Source: a virus. Taken from it: DNA of 20,316 nucleotides. A program made the position numbers and the translations under genes. The notes beneath the pieces are model-generated. The model was not told where the DNA came from. It did not search any database and saw only the letters and a list, made by a program, of their open reading frames with translations. The DNA lies in the IMG/VR virus record IMGVR_UViG_3300047468_000065, positions 1 through 20,316 of that record. The stretch is one strand, 5' to 3'. Of this stretch, positions 6,670-14,053 are shown in pieces (within the stretch, counting starts at the first letter, position 1; each line of letters begins with the position of its first letter).

Positions 6670-7983
6670 ATGCGCCACCCCGGGTCGTACGCTTCACCCG
6701 TGACCGTGCCTTATGCCAGCCTCGGCGGCGCCGGGCCGCCGGTGTGGAGTCCGTACGCGACCCAGCCGTTCAACCGGATCGTCTGGCCCCACGAGGCGTG
6801 GGCGGTCGCCGAACAGATGCCGTTGGTGTGGGACGCGGCGACCGCCAGGAAACTGCCGTCGGTGGCCCGCGCCCTGCAGGTCTACACCGGCATGTCCAAA
6901 CAGATGCCAATGGACGCCTACCGCGGCATTCAACCGCTGCCCCGGCCCCGGCTGCTGGAACAACCCGACCCGACCCGGGGCCGCGGCTGGTTCGTGCAGG
7001 TCCAGATAGAGGACTATCTGCTGCACGGCAACGCGCTGGCCCTCATCACCGCCCGCGACCCGGCTGGCTGGCCCACCGCGGTGGCGTGGATTCCGGCCTA
7101 CTGGTGCGCCCTGGTGTGGGACCCCCGCGACCCGGCGGCGGTGGAGTACCGGCTGCGGTGGGACATGTCCACGAAGCTGGATGAACGCAACGTGATTCAC
7201 GTCCGGCGCGGCGCCGACCCGTGGTGCCCGCCCCGGGGCGTTGGCGTCGTCGAGGAACAGCTGCGCACCCTGGACAAGGTAGGCCGCCAGGACGAGTACG
7301 AACGGTCCACCATGGCCGGCGCCGCCATACCGTCGGTGGCGGTGGTGACCCCCAACCCGCGGCTGAGTCAGGAAGAAGCCGACGAGGGCAAAGCCACCTG
7401 GATGGAGAAGTACGGCGGCGTGGGCCGCCGGCCCGGCATCTTCCCGGCCGGGACCGTGGTCACCCCGCTGTCGTGGTCACCGTCGGACTCCCAGCTGGTC
7501 GAGGCCCGTCAGCAGTCGTTGGTGGACGTGGCGAACATGTTCAACCTGGACGGGTACTGGCTGGGCGCGCCGGGCGCGACGATGACCTACAAGTCGCCGG
7601 GCCCGATGTACCTGAACCTCATACGCATGTCGATCAATCCGGTGCTGGGTGACTTCGAGGACGTCTGGTCATCGATGCTGCTGCCCCGCGGCCAGCGGGT
7701 CGCGTTCGACCGGGCCGCGGTGCTGGGCGAGGACTTCCTCACCACCATGGCCGGACTCAAGATCGCTGTAGAGACAGGGCTCAATACGCGCGACGAGGCG
7801 CGGGTCTACCTGAACCTGCCGGTGCTGGGCGGGGCCATTCCGCAGGTCGGGCCGCTGGCGCCGCCGCTGGCCGAACCTGACGACGCGGCCCTGCTGGACG
7901 CTGACTCAGCTGCCGACGGTGACGACCCGGCGGCGTTGGACCCGGTCGACCCGGGTGAGGAACAGAAAGAGGTACCGGTATGA
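6670..7983 (+). CDS. Portal protein (HK97 family-like)
   Basis: 437 aa, located directly after TerL and before the prohead protease. It has an acidic C-terminus. Overall similarity to HK97-type portals is recalled by eye. Confidence 0.8.
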   Translation: MRHPGSYASPVTVPYASLGGAGPPVWSPYATQPFNRIVWPHEAWAVAEQMPLVWDAATARKLPSVARALQVYTGMSKQMPMDAYRGIQPLPRPRLLEQPDPTRGRGWFVQVQIEDYLLHGNALALITARDPAGWPTAVAWIPAYWCALVWDPRDPAAVEYRLRWDMSTKLDERNVIHVRRGADPWCPPRGVGVVEEQLRTLDKVGRQDEYERSTMAGAAIPSVAVVTPNPRLSQEEADEGKATWMEKYGGVGRRPGIFPAGTVVTPLSWSPSDSQLVEARQQSLVDVANMFNLDGYWLGAPGATMTYKSPGPMYLNLIRMSINPVLGDFEDVWSSMLLPRGQRVAFDRAAVLGEDFLTTMAGLKIAVETGLNTRDEARVYLNLPVLGGAIPQVGPLAPPLAEPDDAALLDADSAADGDDPAALDPVDPGEEQKEVPV

Positions 7984-8696
7984 CTGCGCCCCGCGGCCCC
8001 GTACGGCGGGGCAACGCACCCGAGGTCCGGCTCTATGAACGGGCCCTGACCCTGGTGGACACCGACACCACCGACTCACTGTCCTTTCTGGAAGGTCGGG
8101 CGGTGCCCTACGGGCAGATGACCGACACCGGCTGGTGGTACCTCGAGGAAATGGACGCCGGTCTGTTCAATGCGTCCACCGACGCGCACCCCGACCTGCC
8201 GCTGCTGCTGTTCCACAATGGACGAAGCTTTCCGATCGGGGTGGCCGACGAGTGGCGCGACGCCAATGACGGGCTACACGGAATCTGGCGGCTGGACCGT
8301 GACTCACCCGAGGCGCAGCGCGCCGCCCGGCAGGCCCGCGACGGTTTCCTTACCGGCATGTCGGTCGGCTTCGCGCCGATCAAGTCGGAATGGACCTACG
8401 CCGATTGGGAGGCGTGGGACCCCGAGGACCCGGCCACCTATGACCAGGTGCACCGGCAGGAGGCGCGGCTGTTGGAAACGTCCCTGACCCCCACGCCGGC
8501 CTACGCCGACGCGCAGGTGGCGCTGGTCCGTTCGGTGGAAGGGCGCCGGGCTGGACCAGGTCGGGCCGGCGCCGGGCGCGGTGTGCGGACCCGCCACACC
8601 GCGCTCAACCGGGCCGCGGCCCTGCCCGCGGCCCGGTCTGACACGCCGGGAACGCCGTACCTGGACTACTGGCGCGAACGTCTGCGTACCCTGTAA
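7980..8696 (+). CDS. HK97-family prohead protease (peptidase S78)
   Basis: ATGA overlap with the portal gene. Motifs LLLFHNGRSFPIG, NDGLHGIWRL and GMSVGF...ETSLTPTPAY match the S78 His/Ser pattern. Confidence 0.85.
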   Translation: MTAPRGPVRRGNAPEVRLYERALTLVDTDTTDSLSFLEGRAVPYGQMTDTGWWYLEEMDAGLFNASTDAHPDLPLLLFHNGRSFPIGVADEWRDANDGLHGIWRLDRDSPEAQRAARQARDGFLTGMSVGFAPIKSEWTYADWEAWDPEDPATYDQVHRQEARLLETSLTPTPAYADAQVALVRSVEGRRAGPGRAGAGRGVRTRHTALNRAAALPAARSDTPGTPYLDYWRERLRTL

Positions 8697-8866
8697 GGCG
8701 TACCGCCCCCCGTTCCGTTCCCCCGTGATGGTGGACGCGGTGACGAGTGACCGGTCGGACCGCCCCCCGGGACCCGCCGGCACTCGTCACCACCTCCGAC
8801 CAGGTCACGGGCCGGCCTGACCGTTCGGGTCTGTTGGCATACCCCCGAACGGATCGAGGCATCCCC

Positions 8867-10105
8867 ATGGCCAACCCTGTGCTCGATCGGCTGCTGGCCG
8901 ACCGGGACAAGCAGAACGAACTAGCCGACGCCATCATGACCATGGCCCAGCAGGATGGCCGGGACCTGGTCAAGTCCGAACGGGACAACCTTGAGGCCAT
9001 CGGCCAGCGACTGTCCGAACTGGACGAACAGATCAAGCCGATCTCTGAGTTCGAGGCGCTGCGCAACTCCGCCGCGTCAGAACAGGCCCGGCAGCTGGGC
9101 CGCCGTGACGGCGCCCCGACCACCACCGGCCAGGCCAGCGGTGTGACCGCCGCCTACCGCAGCGCCGGTGCGTTCCTCGTGGACTACGTCCGGGCCCGGG
9201 ACCCGAAAGCCGACCCGGCGGAACGGGCCCACGCCGCCGACCGGGTGGCGCAGACCCGGGTGGTTGAGCACCAGACCACTGTGGACACCCCCGGTCTGCT
9301 GCCCGTCCCCGTCGTCGGTGAGGTCATCAACCTCGTCGACGCGTCGCGCCCGTTCATCACCTCGATCGGCCCGAAGGACATGGGAGGCATTCCGGGTAAG
9401 AGGTTCCAACGCCCGATCGTCACCCAACAGCCGCTCGTCGGTAAGCAGGCGGCGGAGAAGACGGAACTCCCCACCCGCAAGATGATCATCGGGTCGCTGG
9501 AATGGACCAAGGAAACATACGGCGGGGTGGTAAATATTTCCCGCCAGGACATTGACTGGACCAGCCCGTCAGCGTGGGACATCCTCGTTCAGGCGTTGGC
9601 GGACCAGTACGCCATCGCCACCGAGAACGCTGCCGGCGACGCGTTCGCCGCGTCTGTCATCCAGACGTGGGCCGCTGAGTCGGCTGACCTGACCGGCTAC
9701 GCGCAGGCGCTGTACGCCGCCGCCGCGCAGGCCTACCAGGGCTCGTCCAAACTGCCTGACCGCATCTGGGTGAGCCTGGACATGTGGGCGCTGCTGGGCC
9801 CGATCACCGACGTGCTGGGCCGGCTGACGTTCAACGGCGGCAGCGACGGCGCCGGGTCCTCGTCGGTGTCGGACTTCCGCGGAGACATGCTCGGTCTGGA
9901 CCGGGTCGTCGTCCCGTCCTTCCCCGTCGGCACCATGATCGTGGGCAACCACACCCTGTACGAGTTCTACGAAGATCGAATTGGGCTCCTGAGTGCTGTA
10001 GAGCCAGCGATCCTCGGGGTGGAGGTTGCCTACGGCGGGTACGTAGCCCACGGATCGGTGGAACCAAAGGGCTTCGCGAAGGTCACGTCGCCGCCCGCAC
10101 CCTGA
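8867..10105 (+). CDS. Major capsid protein (HK97 fold) with an N-terminal coiled-coil delta/scaffolding domain
   Basis: The N-terminus (MANPVLDRLLADRDKQNELADAI...LSELDEQIKPISEFEALR) is coiled-coil-like, followed by a capsid body of about 300 aa. There is no separate scaffold gene. A strong hairpin lies just downstream. Confidence 0.85.
   Translation: MANPVLDRLLADRDKQNELADAIMTMAQQDGRDLVKSERDNLEAIGQRLSELDEQIKPISEFEALRNSAASEQARQLGRRDGAPTTTGQASGVTAAYRSAGAFLVDYVRARDPKADPAERAHAADRVAQTRVVEHQTTVDTPGLLPVPVVGEVINLVDASRPFITSIGPKDMGGIPGKRFQRPIVTQQPLVGKQAAEKTELPTRKMIIGSLEWTKETYGGVVNISRQDIDWTSPSAWDILVQALADQYAIATENAAGDAFAASVIQTWAAESADLTGYAQALYAAAAQAYQGSSKLPDRIWVSLDMWALLGPITDVLGRLTFNGGSDGAGSSSVSDFRGDMLGLDRVVVPSFPVGTMIVGNHTLYEFYEDRIGLLSAVEPAILGVEVAYGGYVAHGSVEPKGFAKVTSPPAP
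9274..9293 (+). repeat. Exact 20-bp direct repeat, copy 2 (gaccactgtggacacccccg)
   Basis: Identical to 2273-2292. It lies inside the capsid gene and encodes (Q)TTVDTP(G). Confidence 0.9.
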
Positions 10106-10118
10106 CCGCCGCCGGGTC

Positions 10119-10152
10119 GCGCCCTGCCCCGCCGGCATCCGGGGCAGGGCGC
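10119..10152 (+). terminator. GC-rich hairpin after the capsid gene (candidate intrinsic terminator or attenuator)
   Basis: gcgccctgccccg (10119-10131) pairs perfectly with cggggcagggcgc (10140-10152), leaving an 8-nt loop. There is no U-tract. Confidence 0.55.
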
Positions 10153-10182
10153 CCCGCCCACGCACAGAAAGGGGGGCCCGCG

Positions 10183-10407
10183 GTGACCACACCCACCTGG
10201 ACACCCACCCCGGTCGCTGACCTGGAGACACCCGAGGCGCTGCTGGCCCGGTTCACCGACAACGTGTCCGGCGACATCGGCGCCGACGACCTGCGGGCAC
10301 TCACCCAGCAACTCCTGTCCCGGCTGCACTGGGCCGAGCAGGCAGTGGTGCGTTCCCGTGCCGGCCTGCCGGGGGTGGCCCCGCCCGTGTCGCCGCCGAG
10401 GTTCTGA
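10183..10407 (+). CDS. Small hypothetical head-tail region protein (74 aa)
   Basis: AAAGGGGGG lies upstream of GTG 10183. This is the non-overlapping tail of ORF 9784..10407. High GC3. Confidence 0.5.
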   Translation: MTTPTWTPTPVADLETPEALLARFTDNVSGDIGADDLRALTQQLLSRLHWAEQAVVRSRAGLPGVAPPVSPPRF

Positions 10408-10408
10408 C

Positions 10409-10774
10409 GTGGCCGCCGGGGGCCCGTTCAGCCTGGCCTACGCCCCGGCGTTTGACGCCGGCGCGATGCACCCGCCGTCGGTGGCGCAGGTCCGCAGATG
10501 GACCGGCGTCACCACGGCGTCGATCAGTGACGAGGACCTGTCGGTGGTGCTGGCCGCTGAACTGCACAGCCAGTCCCGGACCTGCCGCGTCGACCCGTAC
10601 TGGCCCGACCTGTACCAGGCGGTCCTGCGGCGCTGCGCCCGGCACCTGGCCGCCCGCGGCGTCCCGTTGGGCATGACCGGCGGGGAGGCAGAATTCGGGC
10701 CGGCCCGTCTGTCCTCTTTCGACGGTGAGATCGACCGGCTCGAAGGGCCGCACCGGCGGCTGGTGTTCGGATGA
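10409..10774 (+). CDS. Head-tail connector (gp6-like adaptor), putative
   Basis: GTG 10409 lies 1 nt after the upstream stop. Size, position and the N-terminal pattern (SVAQVRRWTGV...SDEDLSVVLAAE) resemble gp6-like connectors. Confidence 0.5.
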   Translation: MAAGGPFSLAYAPAFDAGAMHPPSVAQVRRWTGVTTASISDEDLSVVLAAELHSQSRTCRVDPYWPDLYQAVLRRCARHLAARGVPLGMTGGEAEFGPARLSSFDGEIDRLEGPHRRLVFG

Positions 10775-11151
10775 TGGCCCCCGACTTCGCAAGCATCCGG
10801 GCCAACATCGCCGCCGCCCTGGACGGCCTCACCGTCGAGGTGGACGGCACCGCCCACACCCTCACCGCCACCGCCACCACCCCCAAGACGATCGAGGCGT
10901 ACTGCGCCTGGCCGGTGATCGGGGACGCCCGACCGTTCACCATGTGCCTGGCCGAGACGGACTGGTTCGTGTATGTGGCCCTGCCTGCCGGCGACCAGGA
11001 ATCGACGGTGGCCGCCGCCGACGCGCTGTATGCGCCGGTGTGCGACGCGCTCATGACGTTGGGGCAGGTCACCCACACCCGCCCGCGCACCGTTCCCGTC
11101 GCCGACGGTGGCGCCGATGTGCCGGCCTGGCAGTACGAAGTGACCATCTGA
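10771..11151 (+). CDS. Head-tail joining / neck protein, putative
   Basis: ATGA overlap with the upstream gene. Position between the connector and the tail tube. No specific motif. Confidence 0.4.
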   Translation: MMAPDFASIRANIAAALDGLTVEVDGTAHTLTATATTPKTIEAYCAWPVIGDARPFTMCLAETDWFVYVALPAGDQESTVAAADALYAPVCDALMTLGQVTHTRPRTVPVADGGADVPAWQYEVTI

Positions 11152-11170
11152 AACGGAAGGGAACGCACCC

Positions 11171-11608
11171 ATGTCGCAACCGACGCCACCCACCGCAACG
11201 AAGCTGGGCCCCGGCCTGCTGACCATCGGCGACACCGGCACGCTGATGGACATCTCGTGCCGACTGTCCGCGGCCAAAGTCGAATGGGACAAGGACAAAG
11301 AGGACGACGTGCCGGTCCTTTGTGGAGACACGATCGCCGGTGCCACCACCTACACGTCGAAGCTGACCGGCACGATCGCGCAGGACCTGCACGACCCCGA
11401 GGGACTGGTCAACTACAGCTGGGAACACAAGGGCGAACAGGTCCCGTTCGTGTTCGTGCCCTCCACCGCCGCCGGCCAGCAGGTCACCGGCACGTTGATT
11501 CTTGACCCGCTGGACGTGGGCGGGGACGAGGTCAAGAAGAACATGATGTCGGACTTTGAGTGGGACATCGTCGGGGACCCGGTCCTCGGCGCGTACGTCC
11601 CGGTCTAG
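11171..11608 (+). CDS. Major tail (tube) protein, putative
   Basis: GGAAGGGA lies upstream of ATG 11171. The 145-aa sequence pattern (LGPGLLTIGDTG...LTGTIAQDL...VPFVFVPS...GTLILDPLDVGG) resembles small siphovirus tail tube proteins. Confidence 0.5.
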   Translation: MSQPTPPTATKLGPGLLTIGDTGTLMDISCRLSAAKVEWDKDKEDDVPVLCGDTIAGATTYTSKLTGTIAQDLHDPEGLVNYSWEHKGEQVPFVFVPSTAAGQQVTGTLILDPLDVGGDEVKKNMMSDFEWDIVGDPVLGAYVPV

Positions 11609-11616
11609 GCCCGGCC

Positions 11617-11997
11617 ATGCCCGAACCGGTGGTGCAGGTCGAGGGACGCAAAGAGTTGGTGGCCAGCATGAAGGCCGCCGGTGTGGCGTTGACCGACCTG
11701 AACAAGGCGAACCTGGCCGCCGCGCAGGTGGTCAGTCCCGTCGCTGCCGGCAGGGCGCCGCGGCGGTCCGGGCGGCTGGCCGCGTCGGGCCGCCCCGCCG
11801 GCACCCGCGCCGCCGCCCTCATCCGCTTCGGCGGCGCCGCCGTCCCGTACGCCGGGCCGGTCCACTTCGGCTGGCCCGGTCGCAACATCGCCCCGCAGCC
11901 CTTCGCCGTCGAGGCCGCGCACAGTACCGAACCACAGTGGACAGAGGTCTACCGCGCCGCGGTGGACGACATCATCGAGAAAGTCAAAGGAGTGTGA
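11617..11997 (+). CDS. HK97 gp10-like head-tail joining protein
   Basis: The pattern AGRAPRRSGRLAASGR...AVPYAGPVHFGWPGRNIAPQPF matches the gp10-like family signature (TG.L..S......YA..VEFG). ATG 11617 lies 9 nt after the upstream stop. Confidence 0.6.
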   Translation: MPEPVVQVEGRKELVASMKAAGVALTDLNKANLAAAQVVSPVAAGRAPRRSGRLAASGRPAGTRAAALIRFGGAAVPYAGPVHFGWPGRNIAPQPFAVEAAHSTEPQWTEVYRAAVDDIIEKVKGV

Positions 11998-12003
11998 CGT
12001 CCG

Positions 12004-12336
12004 ATGCCGCGTCTGACCACCCCACGAATCCGGGTACTCATGACCGACCCGGACCTGCCCGAGGACGAAGGGGCAGAGTTCTATGTGCGCGCGCTCAACG
12101 CCGACATGGTGGCCTTCGACCGGGACCGGCCCCGCTACGGCTGGCCCACCGCCGACCAGGCGCCGTTTGTGTGGCTGACCTACCTGGCGTGGAAAGGGCT
12201 CACCCGTACCGGCCAGATACCGGCCTGCACCCTGGCCGAGTTTGAAGGCCGCTGCCTGTCGGTTGAATCGTCGGACCCTGCCGCCGACCCGGGCAGCGGC
12301 GTGGACCCTACCCCCGCGGTAGCCGGGCCCGCATGA
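12004..12336 (+). CDS. Tail assembly chaperone (gpG-like), putative
   Basis: It sits immediately upstream of the tape measure. An acidic C-terminal region and an in-frame slippery-type heptamer CCCGGGC (12288-12294) lie near its 3' end. Confidence 0.5.
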   Translation: MPRLTTPRIRVLMTDPDLPEDEGAEFYVRALNADMVAFDRDRPRYGWPTADQAPFVWLTYLAWKGLTRTGQIPACTLAEFEGRCLSVESSDPAADPGSGVDPTPAVAGPA

Positions 12337-12443
12337 TCGTCGCAATCGCGTTGGCGACCCAGACCTCACCGGCCCAGTGGTGGGACGAGGACGACGCGAC
12401 GATCGCCACCGCCCTGGAACTGCTGGACACCGAGGGGGACTAG
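12333..12443 (+). CDS. Small ORF in the -1 frame of the chaperone (candidate gpT-like extension or an independent 36-aa peptide)
   Basis: ATGA overlap at 12333-12336. The -1 frame is open from 12267. It ends in TAG, which overlaps the GTG start of the tape measure by 1 nt. High GC3. The sequence includes WWDEDDATIATALELLD. Confidence 0.4.
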   Translation: MIVAIALATQTSPAQWWDEDDATIATALELLDTEGD

Positions 12444-14053
12444 TGGCCGGTAGCGCAATCCTGCAAATCAAGATCCTGGCCGACGCGGCGCAGGCTGCTA
12501 AGACGTTCCAAGACTCAGCCGGTGAGGCATCCAAATTTGCCGCCGGCATGCGGTCCGCGGCCCTGCCGGCGTTGGCGGTGGGCGCGGCGCTGGGTGTGAT
12601 GGCCAAGAGCGCCGCCGAGGACGCGCAGGCGCAGACGATGCTGGCCAACTCGTTGACCAACGCCACCGGCGCCACCGCCGCGCAGGTAGCCGCCGTCGAG
12701 GACTGGATCACCAAAACCACCCTGGCCAGCGGCGTCGCCGACGACGTGCTGCGCCCCGCTATGGCGACCCTGGCCCGCGCCACCGGTGACGTGTCCACCG
12801 CGCAGGCGGCCATGGCCACGGCGATGGACGTATCCGCCGCCACCGGCAAACCGCTTGAGACTGTCGCCGATGCCCTGGCGAAGGGCTACGCCGGCAACAC
12901 CGGCGCGCTGGGCAGGCTGGTCCCTGGTCTGGACTCGGCGGTACTGGCCACAAAGGACATGACCGCTATCACCGCGGAACTGTCCCGGCTGACCGGCGGC
13001 GCCGCCGCCGCCAACGCCGAAACGGCAGCCGGCAAGTTCCAACGCATGCAGGTTGCGCTGGCCGAAACGAAGGAGTCGATCGGCGCGGCGCTGCTGCCGG
13101 TGCTGGAACAGCTGGGCAGCAAGCTGGCGGTGGCCGCCGGGTGGGCCGCCAACAACGCCGGCATCATCCAGAAACTAGCCCTCGCGTTGGGCGCGGTCGC
13201 TGCCATCATCCTCGTTGTCAACGCCGGCATGGCCGCATACAACGCCATCATGACCGTCGTCCGGGTCGCGACCCTGGCGTGGACCGCCGTCCAATGGCTG
13301 CTGAACGTGGCGTTGACTGCCAACCCGATCGGCATCGTCATCGTTGTCATCGCCGCCCTCGTCGCGGCGATCGTGTTGGCGTACAAGCATTCGGAGACGT
13401 TCCGCAACATCGTTGCCGGTGCATGGGCCGGCATCCAGGCCGCCGCCTCGGCCACCTGGGATTTCCTCAAACCCGTATTCGAGTTCATCATCGGCTACTA
13501 CCGAATGCTGTGGAACGTGGCCCAGACCGCGGCGGCGTTCATCGTCGCCGCCTGGCGGGCCACTGTGGACGGTATCCAGTCCGCCTGGAACTGGATCAAG
13601 AAAGTGTTCGACGCCTACATCGAGGCGGTGCGCCTCATCATGACCCGCGCCGACGAGGTCCGAGACAACGTCGTGGCCGCCTTCCTCGACATGGGGCGGA
13701 AGGTGGTGGCGCCGTTCAAGGCCATCGGCGAAGCGATCAAGGAAGTCGTTGACTGGGTGGAGAAGTTCATCAACAAAGTGACAGGCTTCAAACTGCCCAG
13801 CTGGCTGACGTCGGGACTGTCCAGCATCGCCGGGGCCGTCGGGCTCTCCGTCGTGGCGGCCCCCGTGGTGAACGGGCGCGCCGCCCGCGCCGCCCCCACC
13901 GCTGGCGGGGCCCGCGCCCAACAGTCGCTGAACCTGCAAGTCGACGTGTTCCTTGACGGGCAACGGATGCGCGGCTACGTAGACCGCGTCGTGACCAGCC
14001 ACCTCGAGGCCGACGGCGCCGTGCTGGCCGCCGGGGCATGGGGCACAGGATGA
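12443..14053 (+). CDS. Tail tape measure protein (short, about 536 aa)
   Basis: Ala-rich helical N-terminal half, a central block of hydrophobic segments (ALALGAVAAIILVVNAGMAAY..., IGIVIVVIAALVAAIVLAY) and W/F-periodic repeats. Its position is right for a tape measure. The start at GTG 12443 abuts the upstream stop. Confidence 0.8.
   Translation: MAGSAILQIKILADAAQAAKTFQDSAGEASKFAAGMRSAALPALAVGAALGVMAKSAAEDAQAQTMLANSLTNATGATAAQVAAVEDWITKTTLASGVADDVLRPAMATLARATGDVSTAQAAMATAMDVSAATGKPLETVADALAKGYAGNTGALGRLVPGLDSAVLATKDMTAITAELSRLTGGAAAANAETAAGKFQRMQVALAETKESIGAALLPVLEQLGSKLAVAAGWAANNAGIIQKLALALGAVAAIILVVNAGMAAYNAIMTVVRVATLAWTAVQWLLNVALTANPIGIVIVVIAALVAAIVLAYKHSETFRNIVAGAWAGIQAAASATWDFLKPVFEFIIGYYRMLWNVAQTAAAFIVAAWRATVDGIQSAWNWIKKVFDAYIEAVRLIMTRADEVRDNVVAAFLDMGRKVVAPFKAIGEAIKEVVDWVEKFINKVTGFKLPSWLTSGLSSIAGAVGLSVVAAPVVNGRAARAAPTAGGARAQQSLNLQVDVFLDGQRMRGYVDRVVTSHLEADGAVLAAGAWGTG

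Noticed and set aside
8747-8866. An upstream GTG start for the capsid gene, adding 40 aa.
   Set aside because: The ATG 8867 product begins with a typical coiled-coil delta-domain N-terminus. The upstream stretch has weaker GC3 and is dominated by inverted repeats. I keep this as an alternative in the findings.
9784-10182. The 5' two-thirds of + ORF 9784..10407, which overlaps the capsid gene in another frame.
   Set aside because: It overlaps a confidently assigned capsid gene and its product is Arg/Pro-rich. Only the portion after the terminator hairpin (GTG 10183 with an AAAGGGGGG RBS) is a plausible gene.
12377-12442. An upstream start for the tape measure at 12377, and likewise the ORF-track starts 1342 (for 1519), 10358 (for 10409), 11560 (for 11617) and 16668 (for 16776).
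   Set aside because: Each would overlap the preceding gene by tens of codons. In every case a start codon abuts or minimally overlaps the upstream stop, often with an SD-like purine run, which matches the tight coupling seen throughout.
11605-12849. A 414-aa minus-strand ORF. Similar long minus-strand ORFs occur at 10438..11349, 4540..5361, 13175..14002, 18411..19280, 5591..6460 and 9569..10231.
   Set aside because: Their products are Arg/Gly/Pro/Ala-rich with no motifs. They lie antisense to well-supported phage genes with recognisable domains and high GC3. Long spurious antisense ORFs are expected at this G+C content because stop codons are rare.
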